A DNA stretch of 64,000 nt, from assembly GCF_009914755.1 (NCBI RefSeq), contig NC_060926.1; one strand, written 5' to 3'. Positions 1 to 13,924 of the stretch are shown piece by piece. The DNA is from the human T2T-CHM13v2.0 reference genome, Homo sapiens. Below the pieces are notes generated by a model that saw nothing but the letters and a program-made list of their open reading frames with translations, was not told where the DNA came from and did no database searches. Every line of letters starts with the position of its first letter. Within the stretch, counting starts at the first letter, position 1. The position numbers and the translations under genes were made by a program.

Positions 1-110
1 GCAATTGATTAAGTAATTATTTTTTAGGGTTTAAGGTGTGTATGTGTGTGCGTGCATGCACATGGGTGAGTGCTCATGATGCAAGAGTGAAAATTTCTCC
101 TGTACCCTAA

Positions 111-113
<3 letters not shown>

Positions 114-142
<29 letters not shown>
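114..142. repeat. (CA)n microsatellite
   Basis: Uninterrupted ACAC run of about 14 units. Confidence 0.95.
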
Positions 143-147
<5 letters not shown>

Positions 148-1748
148 TTCAGGTTGTAAGCACTACAAATAGGTTCTCATTACACTGGAGATTAGCAGAT
201 GCTCATTACCATTTATCAAATTAGGCATGAGAAGTGCAAACTGCTAGGACATCAGCTCTTCCTAATCACTGTGCCCTCACACTTCAGAAACACTGCCCTG
301 TCTCCCATATTGCAAAATATTCTATTTCAATCTCCACTCCAAGTCCAAACAAAAACCTTTACATATAAAGCCTGTGTTCCTGAGAGAATGTTAAGCCAGC
401 TTTTAAATGAGAAAACAATAGAGTAATAGGCAATCATAAGCTTTGAATGTTGAAATGAACTGCTGGAGGTCAAATAGTTCTGCTAGCCTTCAGGAAAGAG
501 AGTATCTAAATAATTCTGTACAGATGGGCACTCATTCCAATTTTTAACATCTCCAGGGAAAGAAACTCTGCCTTTTTACTTGGTTATCTTATTCTAATGT
601 ATTTTTTAATGTCAATTTTTCATTTATTTAGTCTATTTCAACCAATTTTAATGAAACAGATACTCGCTATGTCCAGATTTATATATTTAATTTAGGACTC
701 CCAAAATTGGGGATTATGACACTCAAAAATGTGTTACATATTAAAATTTTTTAAATGTATTATTTTCTCTATATTACATACAATTAACAGAAATTATAGT
801 TACAGGTACTTCATATATGAATAGTGAAAGCTTCCCATATGCTGAGCATTTCCTCAGTTTGTTCTATCAAAGCACTCATCCAAAAAATGTCAAAATGTCA
901 TTAAAATCCCTCTTTACCACAACAGCCCTTCCAGGGATTTTTTTTTAACCTGCTTTTTTATCCCCTCAATTGTCATGAAACAAAGTGTACATTTGGAGAT
1001 GGCCTAGGTAGTCGAGAAAGTGGGAAAAGGGAATTTGCTGTGCTTTTTGACAACTCTATCTGTTAGATATAGGTGGGCTAATTTTCTTTCCCTTTCAGGC
1101 AAGATATGCACTGTATAATGTCTCTGCAAAATGCAACATCTTTTAAAATAACAAGCTATGAATAAGAAATTGGAACAGTGTTGCAGCTCCGAGCTTTATC
1201 ATGAATGTTTAAGAATATGCAGGAAGTCTAATTTGGTCAATTATTTTCCCCAAAGACACAAAAATAGCAAAACAGCAGACATGGCAAAATAACCTATGTT
1301 ATATGCTGTCAGAACCATATGATAAGACATTACTATCATCAGCAAAAGCCCCAGACTTCCCCAGCTGCAGTCTAAGGATGAATGTTTCTAAAATATACAC
1401 CATGGGCCTCCAGAGTTGGAAAAGTCTTGGAGATGCTTCTAATTTGCCTGTGGAATATTGTTCCTTAATCTGTCTCCACACAGATTGGGACACACCTAGT
1501 GATGGTTGCTCATCAAATATCTGAATAGGTAGCTAAGATACCATAGATACAAATGAATACTAAAGATCATTTAGATCAACCATTAATTTTGCAACTGGTG
1601 AATTAAGCTGCATAGATATTTAGGAACGTGCTCAGGGACATATTTTGAACTCAAGTTTTTAAAATCTCAGATCAAGGCTGAATCCGAGTATATCAAGAAA
1701 GAAAATATATTATTAAATTAAAATTTTATTTCCAGAAGACACAAATAA

Positions 1749-2103
<355 letters not shown>

Positions 2104-2939
2104 AACTTTAATGTTTAAATATTAAGGAACATGTATAATAGAAGTAAAAAATTGACTATGAAATCACAACATGGGGCTCAAGCCTTAGCTCTGCCACTTC
2201 ATGAGCAAATTCACTGGGCAAGTCCTTTTCCTGATCTTGAAAATTACAAGGTTAGAGTGGACTGTTTGGAGTTCCAGTTTTACGTAATAAGTAATTCTTG
2301 AGCTTCATTGCTTATACTTGCTTTCACTGTGTTCACCTATAATAAAGCATAGTTCTCTTGCAGATTCTTCAGTCGTTTCTTTTTCTCTTCTTGGTCTCTT
2401 AAATTTTGAGCTTTCCCTAAAGTCAGCCATTGGCCTTTTATTTTCTTATGTTTCTATTTAAACTGTGTCAACAACTCTTCTTGCTTTAATCATAATCCAT
2501 ACACATCTGATTTCCTAATTCCATACTGATTAATAAGATTTTTGTCAAGTCTGCCTTAAAAATGCTCGAGAATATTCTTTTCTATTCTCATATTTATGCA
2601 GTCTTAGTCCCAAAGTTTCAATATCCCTTAAAGATTTCAAAGTTTTCCCTGATAATCTCTCTGTCTTCAGTCTGTCTTCCAATCCATCCTCTCTATGTCT
2701 ATCAAGGTCTTATTTTAAAATATAATGATCATTTCTCATTTTACATACCCCAATTTCAAACTCAAATTTATCTCTCCATTGAAATTACATTAACAAGAAC
2801 ATGCCTAATACTTTTTCTAGTTTAATTTTCTACACTTTTCTCCATATTCAGTGTCCACACCAACCTCTCCAAGGAATTTGCTCTTAAACAACTAGCCATT
2901 TTTCCGATCACTACTGATAACGAAATTAAACTAAATGAA

Positions 2940-3080
2940 TCTTTGAAAGCTGTGAATTCCAACAGGGCATGGGTCCTATCTCAGTCATTGTTATACATGT
3001 TCAGAGCCTAGCACAGCATCTGGCACATAGTAGGAACTCAATAAATGTCTGTTGAATGAATTCAGTATTATTGAATGAAT
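2940..3080 (+). mobile_element. L2 (LINE-2) 3' end relic
   Basis: CCTAGCACAGCATCTGGCACATAGTAGGAACTCAATAAATGTCTGTTGAATGAA resembles the L2 terminus. Confidence 0.75.
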
Positions 3081-4414
3081 ACCAATTAAATTGCTATTAA
3101 TTGGTAAGGCAAAATACAAAGAACATGGGACAATATTATGCAGAAGATTTTTAAGTGTTGAGCACTAAGAATATAAAATGAAAATTCCCTTTTTAAATGT
3201 TTGATTTTGTTCTGATGCAAGCTTTGGTATCAAATAGAAATAGAACTATAAATATAAATCTCTGATTCACCTATCTATGTACTCTTCTGTCCTAAAATCA
3301 GACAGAAAAAAATTACAAGTCTCTACAGGAAGACACTGATACAGCTCTGCTGAATTCTTAGTGTTGGACCAGCTTATATAGCTCTGTGTATTAGCTCTCC
3401 TAAATTATAAATCCTGCCTGGGATCTTGATTATTCAGATATCAAGGGATCCATCTACTACTTCTGCATTATAACATGTTAATCCAAAGCCAATTTTAAAT
3501 TTCTTATATTTATTTTGCATGTGTTACATTTTTAAGGTGTTTTAAACATTTTAAATCTGTGGACGGCTACATATTTTTATACAATTTTCTCTGACTTCAA
3601 GGGCGTTTATGTTTCTTGGGTTGTTATCTAACATCCCCAGTCAGCCCCTTATACAATTCAGTGGATATGTGGGCTGTATATTTGAGGTAGTAAACCTTAG
3701 GCCATCTGGTTTGGATACTCAGGATATCTTAGTAGTGAGCTACACTTGCAAAATAATTTTTTCAAAATGAGAGCTACTAAGGCTATAACTAGCTATGTAT
3801 ATCTCACAGATTTGATGCCTTTTCCCAAGCTTTTATTGTGTGTTTCAGGGCAATTATCTAAAAATGAAAGGTTTCAATTGGGGAACTTTTTCATTTATGT
3901 TTTTATTCTCTCATTATTTCACAAGTATATGTATTATTTATCCGACAAACTGCAATATTTGATCTTCTGATTTTCTCGGGATTTCCTTTTGACACAGAAG
4001 CATCTATTCTGGGAAATGGCTCAGTAGATAAATTCATTGCTAATTAACTGTGGATGAGTTGACCATTAATTGAGTAGCAAGCTATATAAGATTTCTAAGT
4101 TTTCACAATTCCCTGGCATTTTGTCTCCCTTGCTATAAAATTTCTGAAGGAAGGGACCATATTTCATTCATTTTACAAATATGCATGAATGTCTCCTATG
4201 TGCTAGCTACTATGCTAAGCTTTAAAAATGGGACAACTGACCAAACAATGGCATCTTCAACTTATCTCTTTATTCTGTTTACAGCTTTGAAAACTATTAT
4301 TACAATTGACAGCAGGCTTTTCAATAACTAAGGATAACAAAGGTCCATTTGGCACATTTCTCTACAGTGAGGTTAACACTTCTTTCATCTCTCTCTTCCT
4401 CTTCTTTTCCACAG

Positions 4415-4500
4415 CTCTTCTTACTGTGGAGGGAAAAGCCACTGTTCTGTCTTACTGACTTCTAGTCACGAACATTCAGAGACAGAAAACTTGTAAACCG
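4415..4500 (+). other. Candidate non-coding exon (86 nt)
   Basis: TTAAC branch-like motif, long pyrimidine tract ending TTTTCCACAG, and donor CCG|GTAAAA. All three frames contain stops. Confidence 0.3.
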
Positions 4501-5271
4501 GTAAAAAGGCAATTACCAAATGTTTAATAAGCAACTGTTATATGTGGTTCATTCATTTACTATTCAAATGCTTATTGAGCACATACACCAGTACAGGCAG
4601 TATCCCATAGTTAGGTTGAAGGAAAGCAAATATAAAGTGAAGAAGTCCTGTCCTCAAAACCTTTTAAGTTTGTTTGAGTCTATTTTTTCAGTCTACCAAC
4701 TGGAGACCAATAGCCTGAATGGTGTCTAATTACTACCACACCCAAGTCCTCCAAGGAGAACTAGATGCATTCTTAGGCCTGTCCAGTGGGTCAGTTTTAA
4801 TAACCTTCAATTTAAAGAGAAGGAAAAGATATGCAAAAAAGTAAAATCTTCTCATCTGTACTCCGGTCTTTGGGCTGAAATGTCAAGGGATTGTTAATGC
4901 TGCCTCATTTAATGATTAGAAATCTAATTACCTGGAATGGAGGGCTGCATTAGGAAAGTCTGGGAGCAGAAAGAATCTTTCCTATCATAAAGTGCTGCCA
5001 CCCCTCTTCCTGGGGATCATCAGTGCTGATTTTTTGTCATGTGAGGGTCAAACGTGTTGAGATGACATAGCATGTTTCATTTAGGATATTCTTCATCAGT
5101 GCATTGGGCTTGATCCTGCTTTAGTTTTCTTAATATTCTTCATGCTCTGAGAAAAAGAAAGTTTTGGGGTTTAATAACAACTGTAAAAGCTCAGTAAAAC
5201 GAAAATCTGTTTCCAGGTCCCTCAGCTTCCCTAGAGCAAGACAATATTGCTTTTTGCTGATTATATAATAC

Positions 5272-5292
5272 CGTTTTCTTTGTACCATCCTC
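5272..5292 (-). other. Candidate 21-nt microexon GAGGATGGTACAAAGAAAACG
   Basis: Minus strand reads cattgtcatttcttcaacag|exon|gtatta. TGCATG (RBFOX motif) lies about 55 nt upstream. The donor is weak. Confidence 0.3.
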
Positions 5293-5870
5293 CTGTTGAA
5301 GAAATGACAATGACCTGCCACCACTGAGAACATCACGTTCAAATTCATGCACTTCATATTTGTGGCCTTTGCCCAACCTGGACCCACTCTGCCAATCCTG
5401 ATTATCTTTTGTCACACACCCTCTACTTTAGAAATCCCATCATTTTTGTTTTCAAGAGACTTGTGGCAAAAATTTGTCTCTGTGTTCCTGCCTGTTGTAA
5501 CTGAATATAGTTTGAATTCCTATAACAGTCTATGTATGTTTCACAAATTTGAGTACTAAATTATTTATCATCTCCTATCCTTTCCTCATTGCTTTGTGTG
5601 TGAAGAAGACTTCAGGTCTAGAATGAGATCAAATGCAAAGTGCCATAACACTCAGTACTAGAACAAGCTCCATTGTATTTCACCTATGTGGTCTATTCAC
5701 GTTACTTTGTAATTTTAAACCTCAGATTCTCTTAAGAGATATTCCTTCTAGGGCAAGAATGTACATGTACAACTTTCAGACTGAATCATGGACCACTGAA
5801 GATTCAGGGCAAGTTTCCCTTTGCTTTATATTTTTCAGAGCAAACAATACGTGTTTAATAAATAATTATT

Positions 5871-6164
<294 letters not shown>

Positions 6165-6529
6165 TAAATAATTACCAACTTTTGTAAACATTTATATAAA
6201 TATTTATAATGGAACTGTATACATTTTGGTGAGTCCATCATCTCTTTGGAGAATTAACCCAGAAAAATTTTGTTCAGTCCATGTTACTTGGATAGAGTTG
6301 ACCCTCCCGTTCCCTGTATATGCACATGATCCACACTGATTGGCTCAAGGGTGTGTTTTTTTCTCTCCCTCTCACTCTCTTCTGTCTCTTTCTCTGAAAT
6401 TATGAGTCATAAGGACATAGTAAAGTTAGAGCTGGCAGAAGCCACCATTAAAAATGTGTACAGAAAACCTGCTAATTGAATGAGTTGGACTTTTTTTCTT
6501 AACTTGTACTTAAATGATTCAATCAATAT

Positions 6530-6915
6530 CATATTGTTATAATTTGAACCAATTATCCCACCTTGATGTATTTATACAAAGGAAATCAGGAGGAAAAAAA
6601 TGTAAACACAAAGGGATATTCATCACAGCAGGGTGTGGGGCTGGGACTAAATTTCCAATATAAGAGAAATGAATAAATTACTGTGTATGAAATATTATAT
6701 TGACATAAAATTTATAATTATAACATATATGATATATTATATGACATATAAATTTATAAAGTTTAACAATGTGGACACTGTAAAATCCAATATTAAATGA
6801 AAGAAGCAGAATAGAAAGCATGAATACTGTTACTGCATGTATACATTATTTTCTGTATATAGAGGAGAATTGAAAGAAACAAAAAATATAAAAGCTATTC
6901 ATATTTAAGTTATTT
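6530..6915 (+). mobile_element. Old L1M (L1ME/MC-type) 3' fragment
   Basis: Degenerate match to the L1 ORF2 end and 3'UTR motifs (e.g. GGATATTCATCACAGCA). Contains a small ~42-bp tandem duplication near 6687-6760. Confidence 0.5.
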
Positions 6916-7210
6916 GAGGGCTAGAATTCTTGTCTGTTTCATTTACTGCTATAGTTCTAAAACCTATAACAATGCCTGGCACATAACAGATGCTTTATCA
7001 AAATATATTGAACGAATAAGTATATGTTGTGAGTAAGGAGATTGTAGGTTGTCTTGTATTATTTCCATTTCTATTACGATGATTTCTGTGGAAAAAGGGG
7101 AGTATAAAAGAAAACATAAGGAAAGATTCTTCTGTGAGTAAAACACATTCTTGATTCTTACATGGGCACTTCTGGGGTATCCCGAGGCAAGGGAAAGGGA
7201 GGACAAGGTG

Positions 7211-8295
7211 TGTTACGGGAAGTCAGGGACCCCGAACGGACTGACCAGCTGGAGCCACAGCAGAAGAACATAAATTGTGAAGATTTCATTTTAATATGGA
7301 CATTTATCAGTTCCCAAATAATACTTTTATAATTTCTTATGCCTGTCTTTAATCTCTTAATCCTGTTATCTTCGTAAACTGAGGATGTACGTCGCCTCAG
7401 GACCACTGTGATAATTGTGTTAACTGTAGAAACTGATTGTAAAACATGTGTGTTTGAACAATATGAAATCAGTGCACCTTGAAAAAGAACAGAATGACAG
7501 GGATTTTTATGGAACAAGGGAAGACAACCATAAGGTCTGACAGCCTGCAGGGTCAGACAAAAAGAGCCACATTTTTCTTCTTTCAGAGAGCCTATAAACA
7601 GACGTGCAAGTAGGAAAGATATTGTTAAATTCTTTTCCTAGCAAGGAATATTAATATTAATACCCTGGGAAAGGAATGCGTTCCTGGGGGGAGGTCTGTA
7701 AACGGCCCCTCTGGGAATGTCTGTCTTGTGCAGTTGAGATAAGGACTGAGATATGCCCTGGTCTCCTGCAGAACCCTCAGGCTTACTAGGGTTGGAAAAA
7801 CTCCGCCCTGGTACATTTGCAGTCAGACCAGTTCTCTGCTCTTGAACCCTGTTTCCTTTTAAGATGTTTATCAAGACAATACGTGCACTGCTGAACACAG
7901 ACCCTTATCAGTGGTTCTGCTTTTGCCCTTTGCCCTGTGATCTTTGTTGAACCCTTATCAGTAGTTCTGCTTTTGTCCTTTGTCTTGTTCCCTCAGAAGC
8001 ATGAGATCTTTGTTAGACCCTTATTAGTGGTTCTGCTTTTTGCTCTTTGAAGCGTGTGATCTTTGTACCTACTCTCTGTTCTTACACCCCCTCCCCTTTT
8101 GAAACCCTTAAAAAAAACTTGCTGGTCTGAGACTCAGGAGCGCATCATGGTCCTACCGATATGTGATGTCACCCCCGGTGGCCCAGCTGTAAAATTCCTC
8201 TCTTTGTACTGTCACTCTTTATTTCTCAGCCAGCCGACACTTATGGAAAATAGAAAGAACCTACGTTGAAATATTGGGGCCGGGTTCCCCCAATA
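7211..8295 (+). mobile_element. MER11 (B/C-like) solo LTR of HERV-K11/HML-8
   Basis: Starts TGTTACGGGAAGTCAGGGACCCCGAACGGA and ends GAAATATTGGGGCCGGGTTCCCCCAATA. About 1.08 kb, with three internal ACCCTTAT(C/T)AGT repeats. Flanks AAGGTG/TGGGTG are a partial TSD. Confidence 0.92.
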
Positions 8296-8309
8296 TGGGT
8301 GCAATCGCT

Positions 8310-8445
8310 CTGGCTCACATTATCTTATTGAGTTCCCACAATATTCCATGGAGGTAGCTGTTATCATTATCTTATATATGAGGAAACCCAGGCTCAGAGA
8401 AGAAACTAGCTTAAAGGCGCTCCTGAGTTTAGACACCAATACCTC
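8310..8445 (-). mobile_element. MIR relic
   Basis: ATGAGGAAACCCAGGCTCAGAGA core in reverse orientation. Confidence 0.6.
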
Positions 8446-8568
8446 TGATGGGTTGTATATCTCTATTTAAACAAGTCTTTGAACACAAAACAAAACTAGA
8501 CTGAGGACATATCAGAATTGCAGATCATATAAAGGTTGATAAACTAAGATTTAAAATAGTGTGCAATC

Positions 8569-8803
8569 GGCTGGGCATGGTGGCTCACACCTGGCCAACG
8601 TGGTGAAACCCCGTATCTACTAAAAATACAAAAATTTGCTGGGCTTGGTGGTGGGCATCTATAATCCAAGCTGCTCAGGAGGCTGAAGCAGGCAAATTGC
8701 TTCAACCCAAAAGGCGGAGGTTGCAGTGAGCCAAGATTGTGCCACTGCATTCCTGGGTGACAGAATGAGACGCCATCTCAAAAAAATTAAAATAAAATAA
8801 AAT
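8569..8803 (+). mobile_element. AluS with internal left-arm deletion
   Basis: GGCTGGGCATGGTGGCTCACACCTG joins directly to GCCAACGTGGTGAAACCCC. Right arm and A-tail are present. Confidence 0.9.
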
Positions 8804-10239
8804 GAGCAAGAGGCAGAGGCCAGAGTGGGCACAACACCTACATCATTGATTCTTTTAGAATTCATTTAGGTGTATAGTATAAAATAAATTTAAAACATTA
8901 AAACACTATGTAAAAGCAGCACAGTTCCTTGAGCAGTATTTTGTTAGACACACCAATTCTCCTTTAATACTTGAGATTATGGCTACCATAATTGATAGCA
9001 AATGCAGTGTCAAGACACTGAATTGTGTTGTCTTAATTTATGAAACTGGAATCATCCATGTATTTGATGAAATGTGATAAGTGATTGGATTTAAAGTGAG
9101 CAGATAAAAGTAATCAGCATTACAATTTCATGTGAGGATGGTCTTTTTATCCTTATATGTGTGGAAGTAAATGACAGTAATGGGATCTCTTTATTATTAA
9201 TTTGTCTAGGTGTTGTCCTCTATCAGCTTCAGATCAAAGAAAGACAAAAGTTAAATCTTCATGGAAGGATGCTCTGGGAATGTTTTACTAGCTCCAACAA
9301 ATGGCAACTGTTGCCATACAAGAGCTATAGATCATCTGTTTATGAATTTGATTTGGCAGGGGGCTGGGGTAAGTGTGTGTGAGACAGGGACTGGGGATAG
9401 TAACCAGGCAACTATTTATATTCCCATAATTATTACCTAGATTTCCTTGTGCCCAAAGACTAACTCTAGAAATATTGATAGTGGCAACCTTCTTAAGTCA
9501 GTCTCTGCAAAGAACTCTAGTGACTTCCAGATCCTCTTGCAATATTAGAGATTCAGGGTAAAAAATGTTGGGCACTAAACTCTAATGTCCTCATACCTTT
9601 TTTTTTTTTTTAATCAATGGGTATTTGCAAAGAGGGAGCAATAGGTGGAATTTAGAGCCTATTTGGTGATTTCTCATTAGGAGTAAGGGCAGAGTTCAAC
9701 AGCTTTTTATTTTCATTCCTATAATCAACCTCAAAGATTCTTCCCTATTACTTTAAACTTTTCATATTAGCATGTCTTATACTTTAAAACAGTCTGGAAG
9801 TAAAATGACAAATAGGACAAAATTAACTTTTTTTTTCATGTCCTCTTCTCTCTTTGGCAAGATTCCCTCTCTAGCACCCTGTACTACACACCTCTACTCA
9901 ACCCCCATTATCCAGTATGCTCTGTCCAGCATAGACATGCTTCTGCTTCTAAGAAGCTACATACGTGTATCTAATTATACCTTTGTCTCCTTTCTTTTCT
10001 TAAGGTAGTTCATCTAAACATAGTTTTCACCTGTGATTGTTGTAAAGATTAAAGTATATAATATATAAATTATTTGAATATTAAAGTACTATATGAATGT
10101 AATTTTTACTATAATACTCCACAGATTCAGGGCTCTCACCTCAGTGAATTTCCGTTAATGTCCCTTTAGGACCTACCAGATGACAGGCAATAAAAGGAAG
10201 AATTAATAGACAATGCAAACTGAATCAAGCTGTATACAG

Positions 10240-11250
10240 AAGTCCACCTAGATGAAGACTGGGAGCTAATCACTGGATTTAGCAAAATAAAGATTGTTGG
10301 TGACCTTGAAAAAGCTGTTTTAGGAAGCTAGTAAGAGTGGAAGTCTAATTAAAGTTTTTTTTTGTTTGTTTGTTTTAAAGAATGGGAATAAGAGAAATCA
10401 GATGCAATAAGTATAGCAACTCTTTTGAGGAGTTTTGCGACATAGCAAACGAGCTGGTGGAGACCTAGGCTCAAGAGCAGGTTTGTTTGCAAGATGATAA
10501 AGAGGATTCAGTAGAGAGAGAGAAAAAAAAATGACAATACAGGAGAAAGATTGCTGGAGAGGGTTGCTGCAGTGCCTTTGGATTGGCAAAATCTGACAAG
10601 ATGGGGCAAAGGAGGGGTTGGTGTTAGATGGCAGCACAAACATGTCATCCATCATAATAGAATAGGAGGCTGAAGTGATGCTAGTAGCTATTGAGTGTGA
10701 TGGTGGGGGCTTGTCAAACTTTTCTTCTAATTTATATTATTTTCTTGGTGAAGTTGGAAGAATGGCATAAAAATGACAGTGAATTGGAGTTAAAATGAGA
10801 TGGAAAAGAGAATGGAATATTCATTTGGTTCTGTGGAAGAGGAAATGGACTAGAACATGAAAGTATGACTTCTGGGCAACATCATGGGCCCAGTCGAGGT
10901 TAGTGGTTCTTAATTTAAAGAGATAGGCTATAGGCACAAAGTACAAGATGATACGGATTTCTCTGGAGTTAAGGTTTTACTAAATATAAAAGTCAAGAAG
11001 AGACAATGGAGTGTTAATGTTAGGGAGTGGTGATAATGATTCATTATGGAATTTAAAGGGAGGTGAGGACCTAAAAAGGCTTGGAAGTCAGTGAAAAGAA
11101 TGTGGGATCAATGTATAATCAACATCAGGTTCAAGGACTATTGGAGTCAAGAAGCACAAAGAGAGAACTGCAAATACAAGCAATAGTGGTCAAATGTAGA
11201 GTGACTAAAATTGAGATTACTGAAAGATTGCATTTAATGACAATGTAAAG
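10240..11250 (-). mobile_element. L2 internal relic
   Basis: Purine-rich reverse L2 ORF2 motifs, e.g. CACTGGATTTAGCAA...TTGGTGACCTTG. Confidence 0.6.
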
Positions 11251-11274
11251 GTGTAAGTTATGATAAAGTCTTTC

Positions 11275-11630
11275 TTCAGACACCTGCATGGCTTGCCTCC
11301 TCACTTCCTTTAGGGTCTTGCTCCTCATACCACTTCTAGGGGAGACCTCTCCTCATTAACCTGTTTACAGTTTCGACTTCTTTTTACCCTCACTGGCACT
11401 TGATATCCCTATTTCCTATTTTATATTCTCTCCACGAATTTTTTACCATCTCACATTCTGTATATATTGATGTATTTATATTGTTTATCGTTTGCCTTCC
11501 TCTACTAAAATTTAAAATCAAGAAGAACCAGGATGTGAATCTATTTTGATACCTACAGCTTCTCTAGGGACTAGAACATTGCCTGGCACATAGTAGACTA
11601 GGCACTCAATATATTTTTGTTGAATGGCTT
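11275..11630 (+). mobile_element. L2a-like 3' end
   Basis: GCATGGCTTGCCTCCTCACTTCCTTTAGG ... CTAGAACATTGCCTGGCACATAGTAG ... TTGTTGAATG. Confidence 0.75.
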
Positions 11631-12957
11631 GTATAAAGCAATTGTCCACTTGACTATGACTATCCCAAAGAACTAACAACTTCTCTTAAGTTTATAGCTT
11701 CTTCTGCATAGTTGAATTTTCTGAATAGCTGAGGATAAATTAGTAAAGTTCCTATTAATTTTAGTTATTTTTGAATAGAAATACAAATAAGAGAAAAAAT
11801 ATGGAGCTGTCTTTCACTGTAAGTTCAGTTAAATGGGACACTAACCATTTTTCAACTATTTTAGGTCATTACTATAAAACAAACTATTAGACTTTCCTAA
11901 AATATGTATGAATTTTGATCCCTTCCAAAGAAGCATGGACTACAATACTTTCAGTTGCACCTATTCCTTTTGTCTCCTCTTTTCTGTCAGGCAATCAACT
12001 ATTGTGTTATACTGGAATGTGTGCACATTCCTGAAACAGATCTTCTACCACTAACATGTATTCCTACTCCATAATTTGCTGTTTTCATATATTTTGAACC
12101 AATTTTACAGGATTTATGTAAAATAAGAGAATATAGGCATTAATTGAGGGCACTAGGGCTACAAATTTTTGTTATCTTTATTTCCTACATCTAGATTCCT
12201 TAACTGTGTGCTAGAGAGGGGAGATTGATAGATATTGAATTAAGAAGATGTACAAAGTTACTGTAATTTAGGTCATGTGGTATTTTTATTGCTCAAATTT
12301 CCCTTTTCTCATGTAAATGGCTGCCTTCTCTATCTATTCATATGGCCAACCCTATGTTGATAGAGCTAAACACATAATGACATCATGAAAATGTGCAAGA
12401 AGAAAGGATACCAACTAAGGTCCTCTGGAAAAACCCTGTCCTTAAAATGTGCTCATCTACTAAATTCCCAAAGACTCATAGGACAAAATTCCATTTGAAG
12501 GCACGGTCTTGCTAAAGCAACAAATGGCAAAACATTTCAAAAAGAAGAAAAAGCAGTGTATTTGACTAGTTTTAAAGATAATGCAAAGGTCTATGATAAA
12601 TCTTGAGTAATTCACCTGACCTAGATTTAAATAGCACAAATAATTCTTGCAGAAATAAATGTTTAGTTCTTAACAAACGTTCCTATAGCTTCAGGTATTA
12701 CATTTAGAGTTTATGTTGTTTTTGGAACTTCAGTTCTACTCCGTAATTTTTTGGGGAAAAAAATAGCCAACTAAGAGTAAGAAAAGCAGAGTTCTTTTAC
12801 TGATTTCTGACATAAATTATCAAGTCATATCCCTGACTGTTGTGCTTTGTGGGCCTCAGTTTCCTCACCTGTAAAATAATCCCCAAAGTCTCTAATAGTC
12901 TAAATTCTACAACACATTGCTGTTGGATTAAAGAACTGAGGAGGAATTCTGCTTCCA

Positions 12958-12971
12958 CCAGTAGAGGGTAG
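12958..12971 (+). promoter_or_regulatory. CTCF-like motif CCAGTAGAGGGTAG
   Basis: One mismatch to the core CCASYAGRKGGCRS. Motif match only. Confidence 0.35.
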
Positions 12972-13608
12972 TGTTACCTAGACAAGATCTCAACATGAGT
13001 CCAGGACAGATGGAGCAAAGAAAGCCGAATTTAGAATGGAGAATTGGTAGCTACCTACTTCTCCCAGTCTTGAGTCACCAGACCACAAATGCTTCTCCAC
13101 AAAATAGCAATCTTAGGCAAGTGTAGAAACGCACTCCTCCTCAATAATTTGCCACTATTCCCAAAATGGTCACATTACTCATTTCTATTGGAATATGAAC
13201 AGAAATTTAAACTCCTGCAATCTGTGTTGTTTTCTGAAATTTAAAGTTTGTTCTATGAATACATTCATTTATATAAAATACAGCAGCTTGTCTATACATA
13301 TTTGAACATTTCAAAATTACAGTTGAAAGTAGCAGATTTTTCCTCCTGCAAAAATATTTAAGAAGTATTTATAAAATTTGATTATGTTTAATATCATGCT
13401 GAGAGAGAAAAACTTAATTGTACTTTTTAATTTACATGTAACCAGTCATTGGCTTGTAATAGGTAATTTTGAATTTCTAAGTATATAATGTATAGTCACA
13501 ATAATGGCTGAAAATATGAATCTCAATCAGCCTGCAAAATTTACAGAATGCCTCTCATTAAGGTGATTCCCACATGTGTCACGAAAGTTATCTAAGAAAT
13601 GGATTTCT

Positions 13609-13924
<316 letters not shown>

